The notes beneath the pieces were generated by a model, which saw only the letters and a program-made list of their open reading frames with translations, was not told the DNA's origin and did not search any database. From sequence record MK250017.1: a DNA stretch of 64,000 nt, one strand, 5' to 3'. Both the position numbers and the translations under genes were made by a program. Below, in pieces: positions 24,601 to 37,862 of the stretch (within the stretch, counting starts at the first letter, position 1; each line of letters begins with the position of its first letter).

Positions 24601-26219
24601 CTATTATTACAAAGTATGATAAATTAACATCTGATAATACTACAGCAATTAATAATGTTAGAAAAGATTTTGAAACTGCAGATGAAGCAATCCATACAAA
24701 ATATGATAAGTTATGTAAAGATAATAAAGATGAATTAACAGGAATAATTAAAGATATTTCCACAAAGATTGTTAATGCATTTAATACTTCTATTAGTAAT
24801 GTATATGATGAATTAAAGCAAGCAGATAGTGATTTAGATATTAAATATAAAGGAATTACAGATGATATTATTACAGATTTTAATACATCAATTGGTAAAG
24901 TATACAATGAATTAAAGCAAACAGATAGTGATTTATTAAAGAAAATTAATGACGCAAGTAGTTTAATTCCAAAAGCATAGGACAGTGCTGTTACAACATA
25001 TGAAGCGTTGAAATATGTATGGAGTGACGGTAATAATGCTTCTGATAAATGTGTTGTTGGTGCAGGATAGACTAATGTTGTTTTAAAAGATAATAAGGTT
25101 CAATTTGTTTTAGGAGCATGGAATAATGGAACAACAAAACTTCGTTATACTGAAATTCCAGAAACAACTACAGCACATAATGGTCTTTTATCTATTGGTT
25201 CTAAATAGAAATATGATAATTATGCAAATGATATTCAAACTATTAATCAAACTATTACTGAAGTTAAATAGAATTTAAGTGCAGAAACATAGACACGTGA
25301 GACTGAAGATCATAAGTTACAAACTAGTATTGATACAATTAATAATACTACAATACCTAATTTACATACAACTATTACAACAGAAGTTAGTACTAAATAT
25401 GATCCACAAATTAATACAATTAACGGTAAGATAACTAGTGAATCTACTACATTACAAGGTAATATAGATAATCTTAAAACAACATTACAAACTGATTATG
25501 ACACTAAATTAAGTGAATTGAATACTTCTATTAATAATAAAGTATATAAAGTATTAGATGGTAGAATTACCAGAGAAATAGATACTGTAAATACAAATTA
25601 TAAAGCAGAAGATTCTCGCTTACAGGGTGAAATAGATAAGATTAATAATACTACTATTGATAAAAAAGTTAATGATCTTAAAACTACATTAGAAGGTAAA
25701 TATGATCCAGAAATAAGTACAATCAAACAAACAATTTCTGATAATCAGTCTGATATTATTGATAATAAGTTACCAAGTTTAAAGACTTCTATTGAAACAG
25801 ATTATAATAAGAAAATAAATGATGAAACAAATGCACGTAAGGAAATAGATTCATTGTTAAAAACTGATATTGATTTATTAAAAGGGAAAGTTAATACCAT
25901 AAATAATCTTATCGGAACAGTAGATAAAGATAATAATAAAAATATTATCGAGATGTTTAAAGATGTAAATCAATCTATTACAGATATTAAACAATCTATT
26001 GCTTAGTTAGATACTCGTATAACATCACTGGAAGCAACAGGTTCAACACATCCAGATATTGAAAATAGAATTAAAGTTCTTGAATCTAAATATGATTAGA
26101 TAACAACAATGTCTAGTGATATTACTGATATTAAAGCAAAACTTAATAATATCAATGCTGATCACGAAAACTTATATAATGGTGTAAAAACTTATAATGA
26201 ATCATTAAACTATGATTAA
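21606..26219 (+). CDS. fibre paralogue E (code 15, 1537 aa): shared N-domain + hendecad coiled coil
   Basis: Frame 3 is open except for TAG. RAGEIAIAYYND, DNTSNDIVKYI 11-mer repeats, IPETTTAHNGLLS motif. Confidence 0.87.
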
Positions 26220-26228
26220 ATAAATATA

Positions 26229-26262
26229 ATGGTGATATAGAAATGAAAAGCTATATCACCAT
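26229..26262 (+). terminator. hairpin terminator
   Basis: ATGGTGATATAG/CTATATCACCAT. Confidence 0.75.
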
Positions 26263-26275
26263 TTATTGTTTTTAG

Positions 26276-26282
26276 ATAAATA
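26276..26282 (+). promoter_or_regulatory. late promoter core ATAAATA
   Basis: 24 nt before ATG 26307. Confidence 0.7.
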
Positions 26283-26306
26283 TAAAAAATATAGATTTTA
26301 ATATAT

Positions 26307-27971
26307 ATGAATGTTTATGATTTACCTCCTCGTAGACCAGGAGTAAACACATGTCACCCATGTCCACCTCCACCACCAATGCCTCCACATTGTGGTCCTC
26401 ATCATGGTCCATGTCATGATCCATTCCATGATCATTGTTGTGAACCTCCACATCATTGTCATCCACCATATTAGATAATTAATCATTATAATAAAGTATG
26501 TTTTAAAAATTATGATGAAGCAGTTAGTAAATTAAAAGTAAAGAATTTACTTCCTGGTGAAATGGCATTTGCTTATTATTTTGATAAAACAGCAGATTAT
26601 GGAATTAATGCTATTGCTGCAGTTGGCTCAATTAAATTAGGTGGAACTAATATTATCTATGATAATGCAGATAAAGTTCAACAACTTATGGATAAATTAT
26701 AGGATACAGTTTTTGCAAATAATGAGAAATTTGATTCTATCAAAACCAAATTAGATATGTTGGATGATATTTCAACAAAATTAGATAATATTATTAAAAA
26801 TGATTCATCTAATTCATCCACTATTACTAGTTCACTTGATGGTATTAAAAAAGATATAGAAAATCTTAAAGATTCTGATACTTCTATATTCGAAAGACTT
26901 GATACTATTGATTCTCAAGTAAACCAGATTGGCGAATATTTAGAAACTCATGAAGAATTTGCGCAGGCATTGGATGCATCTGTAAAGAAACTTCGTGATG
27001 ATGTAGATAATCTTGGACTTGATGGAAAACTTAATGAGTTAGATTAGAAGATTGAACAAACAAAGCAAGACATCCTTACATAGGCTACAGCAGATCATGC
27101 TAAACTTAAATCAGACTTTGAAAAGCAAATCAATGATTTATCTACTAATTACTCAAGTAGTCTTGACGATCTTAAAGTTGCAATCACTGCAGAAATTGAA
27201 GCTGCAACAACGCCTATAAAAAATGATATTTATGATTTATAGGTAAAAGACGGTGTATTAGATAAGAAAATTGATGATACAAAAGTTGAAACTGTTACAG
27301 AATCTAAACAATATACAGATCAAAAAATTGAAGCTACAATACAGGATATTAATACTTCATTAACAAAAATGAAGAATGATATTCATGATTTATCAGATCT
27401 TATTACTGAATCAACAACTAATGCAACTAATGCACATCAAGAATTAAAAACTTATATTGATGGAATTAAAGCAAATATTACCAGTGAAAATACAACATTT
27501 AAAGGTGAGGTTACTGCAGAACTTAATTCTCAAAAGCAATATTTGAAAGATTCCATAGAAGGATTTAAGAGTGAATATACTGCATCAACAAATGATTCTA
27601 TATAGAGAGAATGCGGAAAAGTATAGACAAAACTTGAAGAGTTTATTAATACAGCAAATACAAAACATTCTGCAATTGAAGCAAAAATTTTAACGATTAA
27701 CCAAAATTTTGATACATATAAAACAGAAGTAAACGGTAAAGTTGATAATAAGATTGCTAAGTTAAATACAGATATGAGAAACTATCTTGATAAAGCAATT
27801 TCTTAGGATAGAATTCATTATGATGCAATATATGCACGTAAAGATGAAATGCATAAACAAATAAGTGGTGGTAAAGGTATTGTTATTGAAAATGGAGTAG
27901 CAAACCTTACTATTGATGATAATGGTATTTTAACAATTGGTGGTAAACGTTATCAGTTAACACAGATTTAA
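26307..27971 (+). CDS. fibre paralogue F (code 15, 554 aa) with Pro/His/Cys-rich leader
   Basis: Frame 3 is open from ATG 26307 to TAA 27969 except for TAG. Contains LLPGEMAFAYYFD. Confidence 0.85.
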
Positions 27972-27994
27972 TATTTTATTAAATAAACAATTAT

Positions 27995-28031
27995 AAAGAG
28001 ACTATTTTTCGCGAATAGTCTCTTTCTTTTT
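27995..28031 (+). terminator. intrinsic terminator
   Basis: AAAGAGACTATT/AATAGTCTCTTT followed by T run. Confidence 0.85.
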
Positions 28032-28035
28032 AATA

Positions 28036-28042
28036 ATAAATA
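28036..28042 (+). promoter_or_regulatory. late promoter core ATAAATA
   Basis: ATAAATATAAAAAG 28 nt before ATG 28071. Confidence 0.7.
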
Positions 28043-28070
28043 TAAAAAGAAATTTTAAACAAATATAAAC

Positions 28071-31000
28071 ATGGCAGGATTTATGGATAATAACAAATAT
28101 GGTCATCATAATGTTCCACCTGTTGGCCTTAATGGATTTAATAAGATATGTTTCACTGATTAGAAAGAAGCAGAAAATATGTTGTTAAATAAGGCATTGT
28201 TACCAGGTTAGCTTACATTTGCATACTATTATGATAATGATTCAGCTAATGGTGTTAATGTCATGGCAGCAGTAGGTACATTAAAAGGTGAGAAAGACAA
28301 TCATATTTTTGTTAGTTATGAAACTATAAATTAGTTAATTGACTCTATAGATGATTCATTAGATGATTATGATACTAGCTTAATATATATTCGTAAGGAA
28401 GTTATGAATAAACTTTCTGTTTTAGAAGATGAATAGACTAAATTATCAAATAAGGTTGATAACATCTTACCAGATATGCAACCAAAGTTTGATGAAATAT
28501 ATACAAAGTTAGAATCATTAGAATCAGCAGGAAAAGAATATACTGATACAAAAGTTAATGAATTAACTGAATATGTTAATTCTTCTGTAATGGAAAAGAT
28601 TAATAATTATGAAGGCACAATGTCTGATATGATATTAGATGCATCTTCTAAATTAGATAACATGCAGAAGGAATTTGAATCAAAAGCGAAAGAAATTCTT
28701 AACAGAAGTGAAGATGTATATAATACTCTTGATGTTTCTCTTCGTAATTATGTTGATAATGAAATGTTGGGAATGCAACAGTTTGTTCATTCTGAAACAA
28801 CACAAGCAGTTATTGACATGAATGCAAAATATGCTGTTTTGAAAAAAGCAGTTGCATCTATAAATGCGTCAGTTAATGATGTAGATATTAAACATAACAA
28901 AAAGGAAACAGAATTAAATAGAACTATTGTTGAAACAGCAACACAATTAACAGAAGATTTATAGGTTGCTAATGTTTCACTTATTAATTATATTAATCAA
29001 TAGTCAGAATTATTTAATAAGAGAATCGATAAGAAGATTGATGAACTTGAATTTAATGTAAAATCTAAAAATATTGATTTAACAAATACAGTAGAAGAAT
29101 ATCAGCATAATATTAAAAATGATATTGCTGTATTCAATACATCTATGAGAACTTTTGTTAAATCAAGTCTTGCCACAGTTTAGACAGATGTAAATTCAAA
29201 GTATTCAGAATTAAAAACATATGTTACATCAAATGATGCATCTTTATTAAATTATGTTAATGCACTTGAAGTTGCATAGAAGACATATATCAATAAGCAT
29301 GATTCTGAAATTAAATCTTGGATTGCAACTGCTAATACTTCTTTATTTAATATTGTACGTTCAACTGATAGTAAGTTAAAGGATGATATTGATGCAATGG
29401 ATTCACGTCATCAGGCAATGTATCGTTCAGTAGAATCAAGACTCGATAATCTTATTGATGATATTTCAACAGATCTTAATATCCTTGTTAATGAATATAA
29501 TAAGGAAATTAAAAACTTTACACGTAAACATGTAAGCGATCTTGAAAATCAACTTAAAGTTCAAAATGTAAGTCTTGTAAATTATATTGACGATAAAGCA
29601 TAGGAAGGTGTTAATGAAACTCGTTTACTCAATGCATCTCTTCGCACACAATTAAAGAATACTGTAAATTTACTTAATACAAGTATTAACAATTCAATTC
29701 AATATACAGACGATGAGATTTCTAATTTAAAGACATATGTTGATAATGAAAATTCATCTATTATAACTTATGTTGATAATCAAGATTCAAAAGTTAAGTT
29801 ATATGCTGAATTAAAAGATAAAGAAGTAAAAAATTATATTGATGAATTAGAAGAACAACTTAAGAAATATTCTAATGAAGGTGATTCTTCCGTTGTTAAT
29901 TATATTAAATTAACAAAAGAGAATATTGAAGAATTTGTTAAAAAGCAGGATGAAGATACATTAAAGAAAGCATATATTCATGATGATGAAATCAGAAATA
30001 ATATGATTGCAGACTATAATGCATTTGTTCGTAAGCAAAAAGATATTGATGCATCTTTATTAAATTATGTTAAAAATACAGATACTTCATTATTTAATTA
30101 TATTAAGAATAGAGATGAACAAATAAAGAGATGGATTGCTATTGGTGATACGTCAATTTATAATTATTTCAAGTCTATTAATACATCATTATTTAATTAT
30201 GTAACAAAGAAAGATACTGATTTACAGAATACTATTGTAAATACAGGTACAAAGTTACAAAATGATATGGAAGTATTCAAGACAAATGTTAATTCAAAGA
30301 TTGATTCTGCGAATATTAATCTTGATAATAAGATGAATTCTTATAATACTTCAATGATGTCTTATATACAGTCTAATGATGTTTCTATTATAAGCGCTGT
30401 TAACAGTAAAGATCATGATCTTGAAACAAAATTGAATAATGAAATTTCTAAAGTAAAAACACAATTAGAAACACAGGATTCATCAATTTTGAATTATGTA
30501 TTAAATGCTGATTCATCTATTAAGAATAATATTGCTATTATTAACGATACAATTAATAATGAACTTAAAATTGATATTAAGAAACTTAATACAAAAGTTG
30601 ATGTAACAGAATCTTCTATTGTTAATTATATCAATACTAATGATCATAAATTAGGTTCTTATATTGATACAGAAATTACTAAGGCTGCAAATAATTGTAA
30701 AGCAAATGATTCATCTGTTGTTAATTTTATTAAGAAGGAAGATTCATCTATTGTTAATTATGTTAATGGTACAGTTAAGTAGGATTTACTTAATATGATT
30801 AATGATACAAATACATCAATTATTAATTATGTTGCTGCGAATTCTTCATTATTTAATTATATAACAAATAATGATACATTACTTAAAGCACTTATTGAAA
30901 GTAAAGATGGTTCTATTCTTAATTCATTAACATCTGCAGATGCTTCAATTATTAATTTAATAGAAAAATACAATACAGAATTAACAAATAAAATTAATTC

Positions 31001-34000
31001 AAATGATTCTTCTATTAATTCCAAGGTTGATAAGTTCAATGCTTCTACATTTAGTCATTTTACATTACAAGATGCGAATATTCAAGCTAAATCAGATTTA
31101 GCAGATACATCTATTGTAAGCTATGTAGACTCACAACTTTCTGGATTTAATACAAGTATTAATCAATCAGTTTCAAATATTAATAATAAGATTGATTCTG
31201 TAAAGAATGATCTTGAAAATACTATAGAAACAAATAATACTTCTATTGTTAATTATGTTAAAGCACATGATGCTGATATTGAAAACATGATTACAACAAA
31301 TAAGGAAGTTTATAACTATATTAATACACAAGATACATCTATTGTTAATTTTATTAAGAAACAAGATTCAGAACTTGATAATAAAATTGATATTGTAAAC
31401 AGTAACCTTAATAATAAATTAGATACACAGAATGCAGAAATACGTCAGGAAGTTATCGATAAGACAAATGAGGTTTATTATACATTATCAAATAAGATAA
31501 CAGATTTAAGTAATACTGTACATGATAATGATACTTCTATTCTTAATTATGTTAAAGCATCTGATACTGATTTAAACAATAATTTATTACAGTTAGATAC
31601 TAAACTTCATAATGAATTAGATAATAATAAGACAGAATTAAATAATACTATTAATTCAGCTATTACAGATTATGAAAATAAGAGAACTGATTTTGAAACT
31701 AATGTTAATAATGCTATAAGTGAATTTAAAACAGATGTTTCAACAAAATTCTCTTCATTCAATACAAAGCTTCATAATGAAATGAATGAATTAATATCTA
31801 ATGTTAATACAAGCATTAATGTTACAAATTCATCTACTATTAATTATCTTGAAAATGAAATTTCTAAAATTGATAATAAAGTCAATAATTAGAATTCTTC
31901 ATTATCAGTTGCATTTGAAAATTATAAAACTGAAACAGATACAATTCTTAATAATAAATTAGAAACAGTTAAATCAGATCTTGATAATACAATAAAAGAT
32001 AAATTCACTGAAGTTGATATTACTCTTGATAAAGCAAAGACTGAATTAATTGCAACTAATGAAATATTTAAGAATGAGATTAATAATGAGATTACTAATT
32101 TAAATACTGAAGTTGATAATAAATTAAATGATTTCAAATCATATGTTGATTCAGAAAATATCAGTCAGGATATTAAAAACGAAACACGTTATAATACTTT
32201 AAAGAATGATATTTCAACATTAGATAATCAAGTAAATACTCGTATTACTACACATGAGAAATTATGTGTAGCTGATATTGAAAATGCAAAAATTGAAATC
32301 AATAATAAGGTTAATACTGTTAATTCATCATTAGTAAGTTATATTGATAAGAATGATACTGAGATTAAACAGGAATTTGCAAATAGATTAGCTGATTTAA
32401 CAAATTATGTTAATACACAAGATGCCACATTAGATAGAAAGATTGATAAAGTTAATCATGATTTAACTGAAACAATTACAGATGTAGATTTACGTGCAAC
32501 TACCGGTATTAATAATCTTAGAACTGATATGAATTATGAGATAGATAGATTAGATAATAAGATCGATGCTACTGAAAGAAGTATTAGAACTGATTTTGAA
32601 ACTGCAGATAATGCATTACGAGAAGAAATAACAAAGGTAAATCATGATATTCGTCAGGATATGAATTCTCGCGATGATGATTTACAATAGCAAATAACTG
32701 ATGTTAGCAAAGATCTTAAACAATTTGTTGTTGATTCATCTAATATGATTACAAAACATATTGCTAATGTTTCTTCTGATATTCATGATGTTATTTCTGA
32801 TACATCTGCATTAATTTGGGGTTATATTGATAATACATCTGATGCAATTGTTAATTATGTTAAATTATTTGATACATCACTTAAAAATTATTCTGATATA
32901 GAAGATAATAAATTAAAATTAAGAATTGAAAATGTTTCTTCTAAATTGATAGATGTAAGTAATGCATTAGATAAACTCATGGGTACTGGTGATGTTACTA
33001 CAGCTATAGATACATTTAAAGAAATTGAAGAATTCTTAAAAACATACAGTAATAAAGATTCATTATCAGCATTATTAAAAACTAATTCAGATACTGATAA
33101 AGCATATGCAGATTCAATTTTAAAACGTTTTAAAGAATATATTGAGAATTATATATTAGACGGTTCTACTGATATTATCAATAAGATATATAATACATCA
33201 AATGATATTGTTCACTTTATTTAGGATGTTTCAAATAAATTTAAGTCTTATATTGATATTCAAGACGGTAAATTAGATGGAAAAATTACAGTATTAAGAA
33301 CAGATCTTGATACTACAAATAGTAATATTACTGATTTAAAAGAATATGTTGATAATCAGGATGCAGCAATAAACAGAAAGATTACAACTTTATCAAATAC
33401 AGTAGATCAAAATAAGACAGATATTAATCAGAAAGTTGATTTATTGAAAGATTATGTTAATAATGATGTTTCTAATAAGATTGTTGCATATGTTAATAAT
33501 GTTTCAAATAACATTGTTAAATATATTGATAATACATCTAATAAAATTGTTACATATGTAAATAATGTTTCTAATAAGATTGTAACTAAATTTGACACAG
33601 AAGTTGGAAGATTAGATACTCGTATTGATAATACCTCTGACTATATTGTTCATTATTTAAATGATACATCAGATGCTATTGTTGAATATATCAAAACAAG
33701 ATCAAATACGCTTAACACTAAAATTGATAATGTTTCAGATTATATTGTTCATCAATTTAATGATGTTTCAGACGGTTTATATAAATTAATAACACTTAAG
33801 TATAATAATTTATCATCTTCTATTGGAGACACGATTAAGAAACATAATGAAGATATTTAGAATATTCAACGATATGTTAATCAATAGATTGCAGATACAA
33901 CTGATACATTAAGACAAGAAATTAAAGTTGTATAGGATAATGTAACTGAAGTAGATAGAAAATATAATGAAAAGTTTGTTACTTTATATAATAAAGATCT

Positions 34001-36167
34001 TAAAGATGTTAATTCTTCTATCAGTAAGTTAAGACAAGATTTCGTTCAGGCTGATTATGATTCTAGTACATAGATTTATAATTATCTTAATGGTGACTTT
34101 AAAAATAGCATTACTAATAATATAAATAGTGTTAATAAAAAATTAACAGATTATATTAGAGATAATAATAAAGCTGTATCAGATCTTAATACTAAAGTTG
34201 ATAAAGTGAAGTCTGATATAATGACTCATGTTAATGCTAGTTATATTGAAGTTACTGGTAAAATTGATTCAGTTAATACAACATTAAAAAAAGATATTAA
34301 TACAAAATATACTACATTAGATGGTAAGATTGACGGTGTTAATACAACATTATCAGAATCTATTACAACTAAATATAATACATTAAATGATAGAATTACT
34401 TCTGTTAATAATACATTAACAAAGAGTATTGAAACAACAAATACTACTTTACAAGGTAATATTGATTCTGTTAATAATACTCTTATTAAACGTATTGATT
34501 CATATAATTCATCTTTAGCTAATTATACTGATGCAGAATCTACTAAATTATCAACTGCAATTAATAATGTAAATTCTAAATTAACCTAGAAAATAACATC
34601 AGAAATTTCTAAAACAAATCAATCTGTTAAAGATCTTTAGACATATGTAGATACTACATACTGGCAAAAGATTACAAATCATGTTGATACAAAAACATCT
34701 GAGTTATCAGAATAGATTAAAACATTAGAAAAAAATGTTAATAATAAGTTAAATGATAATTTTGTAAGTAATGATGACCTTAATTCATTTGAATCAAAAA
34801 TTAAACGTTATGTAGACGTTCAGGATAAGTTGTATGATGGTTCTGTAAATGATTTATCAACAAGATTATCAACTACTAATACAAATCTTAAAAATCTTAA
34901 GGATCAATTTACAGCATTAACATCAGAAAATGTAGACGGTACTATTAATACATATAAGGAAGTAGAAAAATTCTTAAAGAATATTAATGATACAACAACA
35001 TTAGTTTAGTTATTAGCAACTAATAAACAAGAAGCTATTGATGCTGCTAATCAATATACAAATACAAGTATTAATAACTTTAAGAATAATTATATTACAC
35101 CATAGTTTAATTCATATAATAGTAAATTTGATGCTATTGACGGAAGTGTAAATAATATTGAATCTAAAGTTACAAAATTAACATAGCAATCAAATACTTA
35201 TTTAACTGCTATTACTGCTGCAACAACAACAGCATTAGGTGGTATTAAATTAGGTTATGTTGATTCTGAAAAGAATGTTGCTGTAAGACTTTCGGAACAG
35301 AAAGCATATGTTACTCTTACAGATACTGCTATTAAGAAAGCACTTGGTTTCACACCAGCTGCACAAAATGCAAATGGAGAAGCATATACATTAACTGTTG
35401 CAAGTGATATTAAATTAGGTGGCATTAAAACAGGATATACTCCAACAGGTGCAAATGCAAGTAAGCAATTACCCGTTTCTGTTGATACAAACGGTGCCGC
35501 TTATGTAACACTTACAAATTCAGCTGTAACTGGAGCATATTCATATACATTACCAACTGCAAATCAATCTGAACTTGGTGGTATTAAAACAGGTTATAGA
35601 GATAATGGTAATAACATACATGTAAAGGTTGATGGTACAGGAAATGCATATGTAACACTTACTGAAACAGCAGTTAAAGGTGGATATAGTTATACATTAC
35701 CAACTGCAGGTACTTCTACACTTGGTGGTATTTGTACAGGATTTAGTAATACTGGTTCAAAAGTAAAAGTTGATATGAGTAGTAATAATGCTTATGTCGA
35801 GATTACAAAAGCTGCAATTACAAATGCGTTAGGTTATACTCCATCTCAACCAGTAACAGATGGAAATGGAAATCCAGTAGCTTATGTATTACCAACTGCA
35901 ACTGGAAGTGTATTAGGTGGTATTAAAACCGGCTATACTTTATCAAAGAGTGGTACAACATTAAATGTACCTGTTAAAGTTGATGAACATGGTAATGCAT
36001 ATGTAAGTATAACATTAGCTGATTTAGAAGGTATAGGTACAATAACAACAAATAATATTGCTGGAAATGTTACTACTATAATATAGTCTGATGAAGCATG
36101 GGTTACAAAACAATATTATGAAGGATTAACAGATAAAGGTAGTAAGACTTATTACATTTATGAATAA
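28071..36167 (+). CDS. fibre paralogue G (code 15, 2698 aa): shared N-domain, very long coiled coil, C-terminal LGGIKxGY repeats
   Basis: Frame 3 is open except for TAG. LLPG[TAG]LTFAYYYD, five LGGI(K/C)xG(Y/F) repeats at 35235-35930, C-terminal WVTKQYYEGLTDKGSKTYYIYE. Confidence 0.87.
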
Positions 36168-36190
36168 TAATTCATTAATATTAAATAATA

Positions 36191-36225
36191 AAAGAGGTAT
36201 AGAAATCAAAATTCTATACCTCTTT
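36191..36225. terminator. bidirectional terminator between convergent genes
   Basis: AAAGAGGTATAGAA/TTCTATACCTCTTT. Confidence 0.85.
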
Positions 36226-36229
36226 ATTT

Positions 36230-36577
36230 TTATTCTGTTTTTTTATTTCTTGTTCTTCTTGTTTTCTTTGGTTTATTAATACCAAAGTCTTTTTCTATTT
36301 CATCTATAAAAGAATCTATTGATACTAATGCAGCAGGATCATCAATAAAAGGATCCAATTCTAACAGAAACTGTGCGAAATCGTTTCTATCTCGAAGAAA
36401 TGCATTTAATCCTCTTCCTGAATCATAAACAAACTGAATTATAATATAACCGTCTGGATCATTAATAAAACTAAAACCAATTGTTTGCTTTATATCAACA
36501 AATGTTTGCCCAACTCTTATAAATGATTTTAATTTTCTGTTTTTGAAAAATTCTTCATTTAATTCTAAATTATCCAT
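36230..36577 (-). CDS. hypothetical protein
   Basis: 115-aa ORF directly downstream of the exonuclease; TAA stop, TAG-free. Confidence 0.75.
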   Translation of the reverse strand: MDNLELNEEFFKNRKLKSFIRVGQTFVDIKQTIGFSFINDPDGYIIIQFVYDSGRGLNAFLRDRNDFAQFLLELDPFIDDPAALVSIDSFIDEIEKDFGINKPKKTRRTRNKKTE

Positions 36578-36579
36578 AA

Positions 36580-37779
36580 TTATTCAAATAATGCATTTGC
36601 TGTTTTTACTGTTCCATCTGTATTGATGTACTTATCCATTCCCTTAAAGATTTCTGCTTCAATTGCTTTCTTCTTATCATATCCTTCATATTGTGTACCC
36701 TTAAGCAATACTTGTGATTTAAGATTCCAAAAGCTTTCAGATGGAATATCACCAATCATATAATCCAATGATTCTTTATAATCTTGTATATATTCAGGAA
36801 ATAGTTTACTATTAAGTTCTACTAATACACGTTGACGCATTAATCGCTCACTGAAATCAATATCATTTATATCACGTTTACATACCTTCTCAAATACTGG
36901 TTTCAATTTATATTCAGAATCTACCAAATCCTGTACAGTGTTGATACCGATTATTTCACGTACTTTCTTTTCCTTACCAGGAGTAATTCTTACTTTACGT
37001 CCATCTTTATACCAATTATAAAATGAAGGAACACAATCTCCATCATCACCACAGAAAATTTTATCAAGAACAACATCATTAGGATTCTGTACAGATAATT
37101 CCATTATTGTATTTGCCTGAAGTAATTGTTTAATGTATGTTTTTGACATATCTTCATTTTCAAAGAAAATATCAAAATTTGAATCCGCCGTATTGTACCA
37201 TGTTTCAAATGATTCAGGAACATAAATATGTCTTTTACTTCCTTTTCCTTTACCTGTTGTATTATAGACAATACAATATTGATGTGTTATAGGATTAAAA
37301 TCAATAAGCTATCTAATATCAGCATCTGCACTTACTATAATAACATTATAATTTGGATATTTCTCAAAAACAATTTCTTTACACATTGCTGCAATATCAT
37401 CTGCTTCACAATGTTCAACTTTAGCAACATGCATAGAATTTTTTGATAAGATCTTAAGAAGATCATCAGAACACTGAAATATATTATCCCAATTAATTGA
37501 CTCTGATTTCTTTCTATTTGATTTATATCCAGGATTTAAATCATCTCCTGGTAATACATCTTTACGCCATGCATGCTGTGAATCTGTTGCGATAATTACA
37601 TTTGTTGGCTTAAATATGTTAAGAATTGAACATACATCCGTTGTAAATTTATACATAAATGAACGTACATCTTCAATTCTATTATAACCATTAACCTAAC
37701 CATACAGACTATTCATAAATAATGATCTGAATAAAAGGTTAGACCAATCCAATACCAATAATACTTTTTTACTTTCCAT
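36580..37779 (-). CDS. 5'-3' exonuclease / T4 RNase H-like flap nuclease (code 15, 399 aa)
   Basis: ATG 37779; motifs LVLDWSNL, WRK..PGYKSNRK, EADD, SADADIR[TAG]L, CGDDGDCVP. Joins track ORFs 37309-37656 and 36580-37149. Confidence 0.88.
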
Positions 37780-37862
37780 TTCTCTAAAATACGAAACTCG
37801 TTTTATTTTATATAATTATTTATTAGTATTGTTTAGATAAAGTCATTTTTATATAAGCAGTA

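Noticed and set aside
23127-33780. 33-bp periodic repeats as a CRISPR array
   Set aside because: They are in-frame, degenerate at third codon positions, have no unique spacers, and there are no cas genes.
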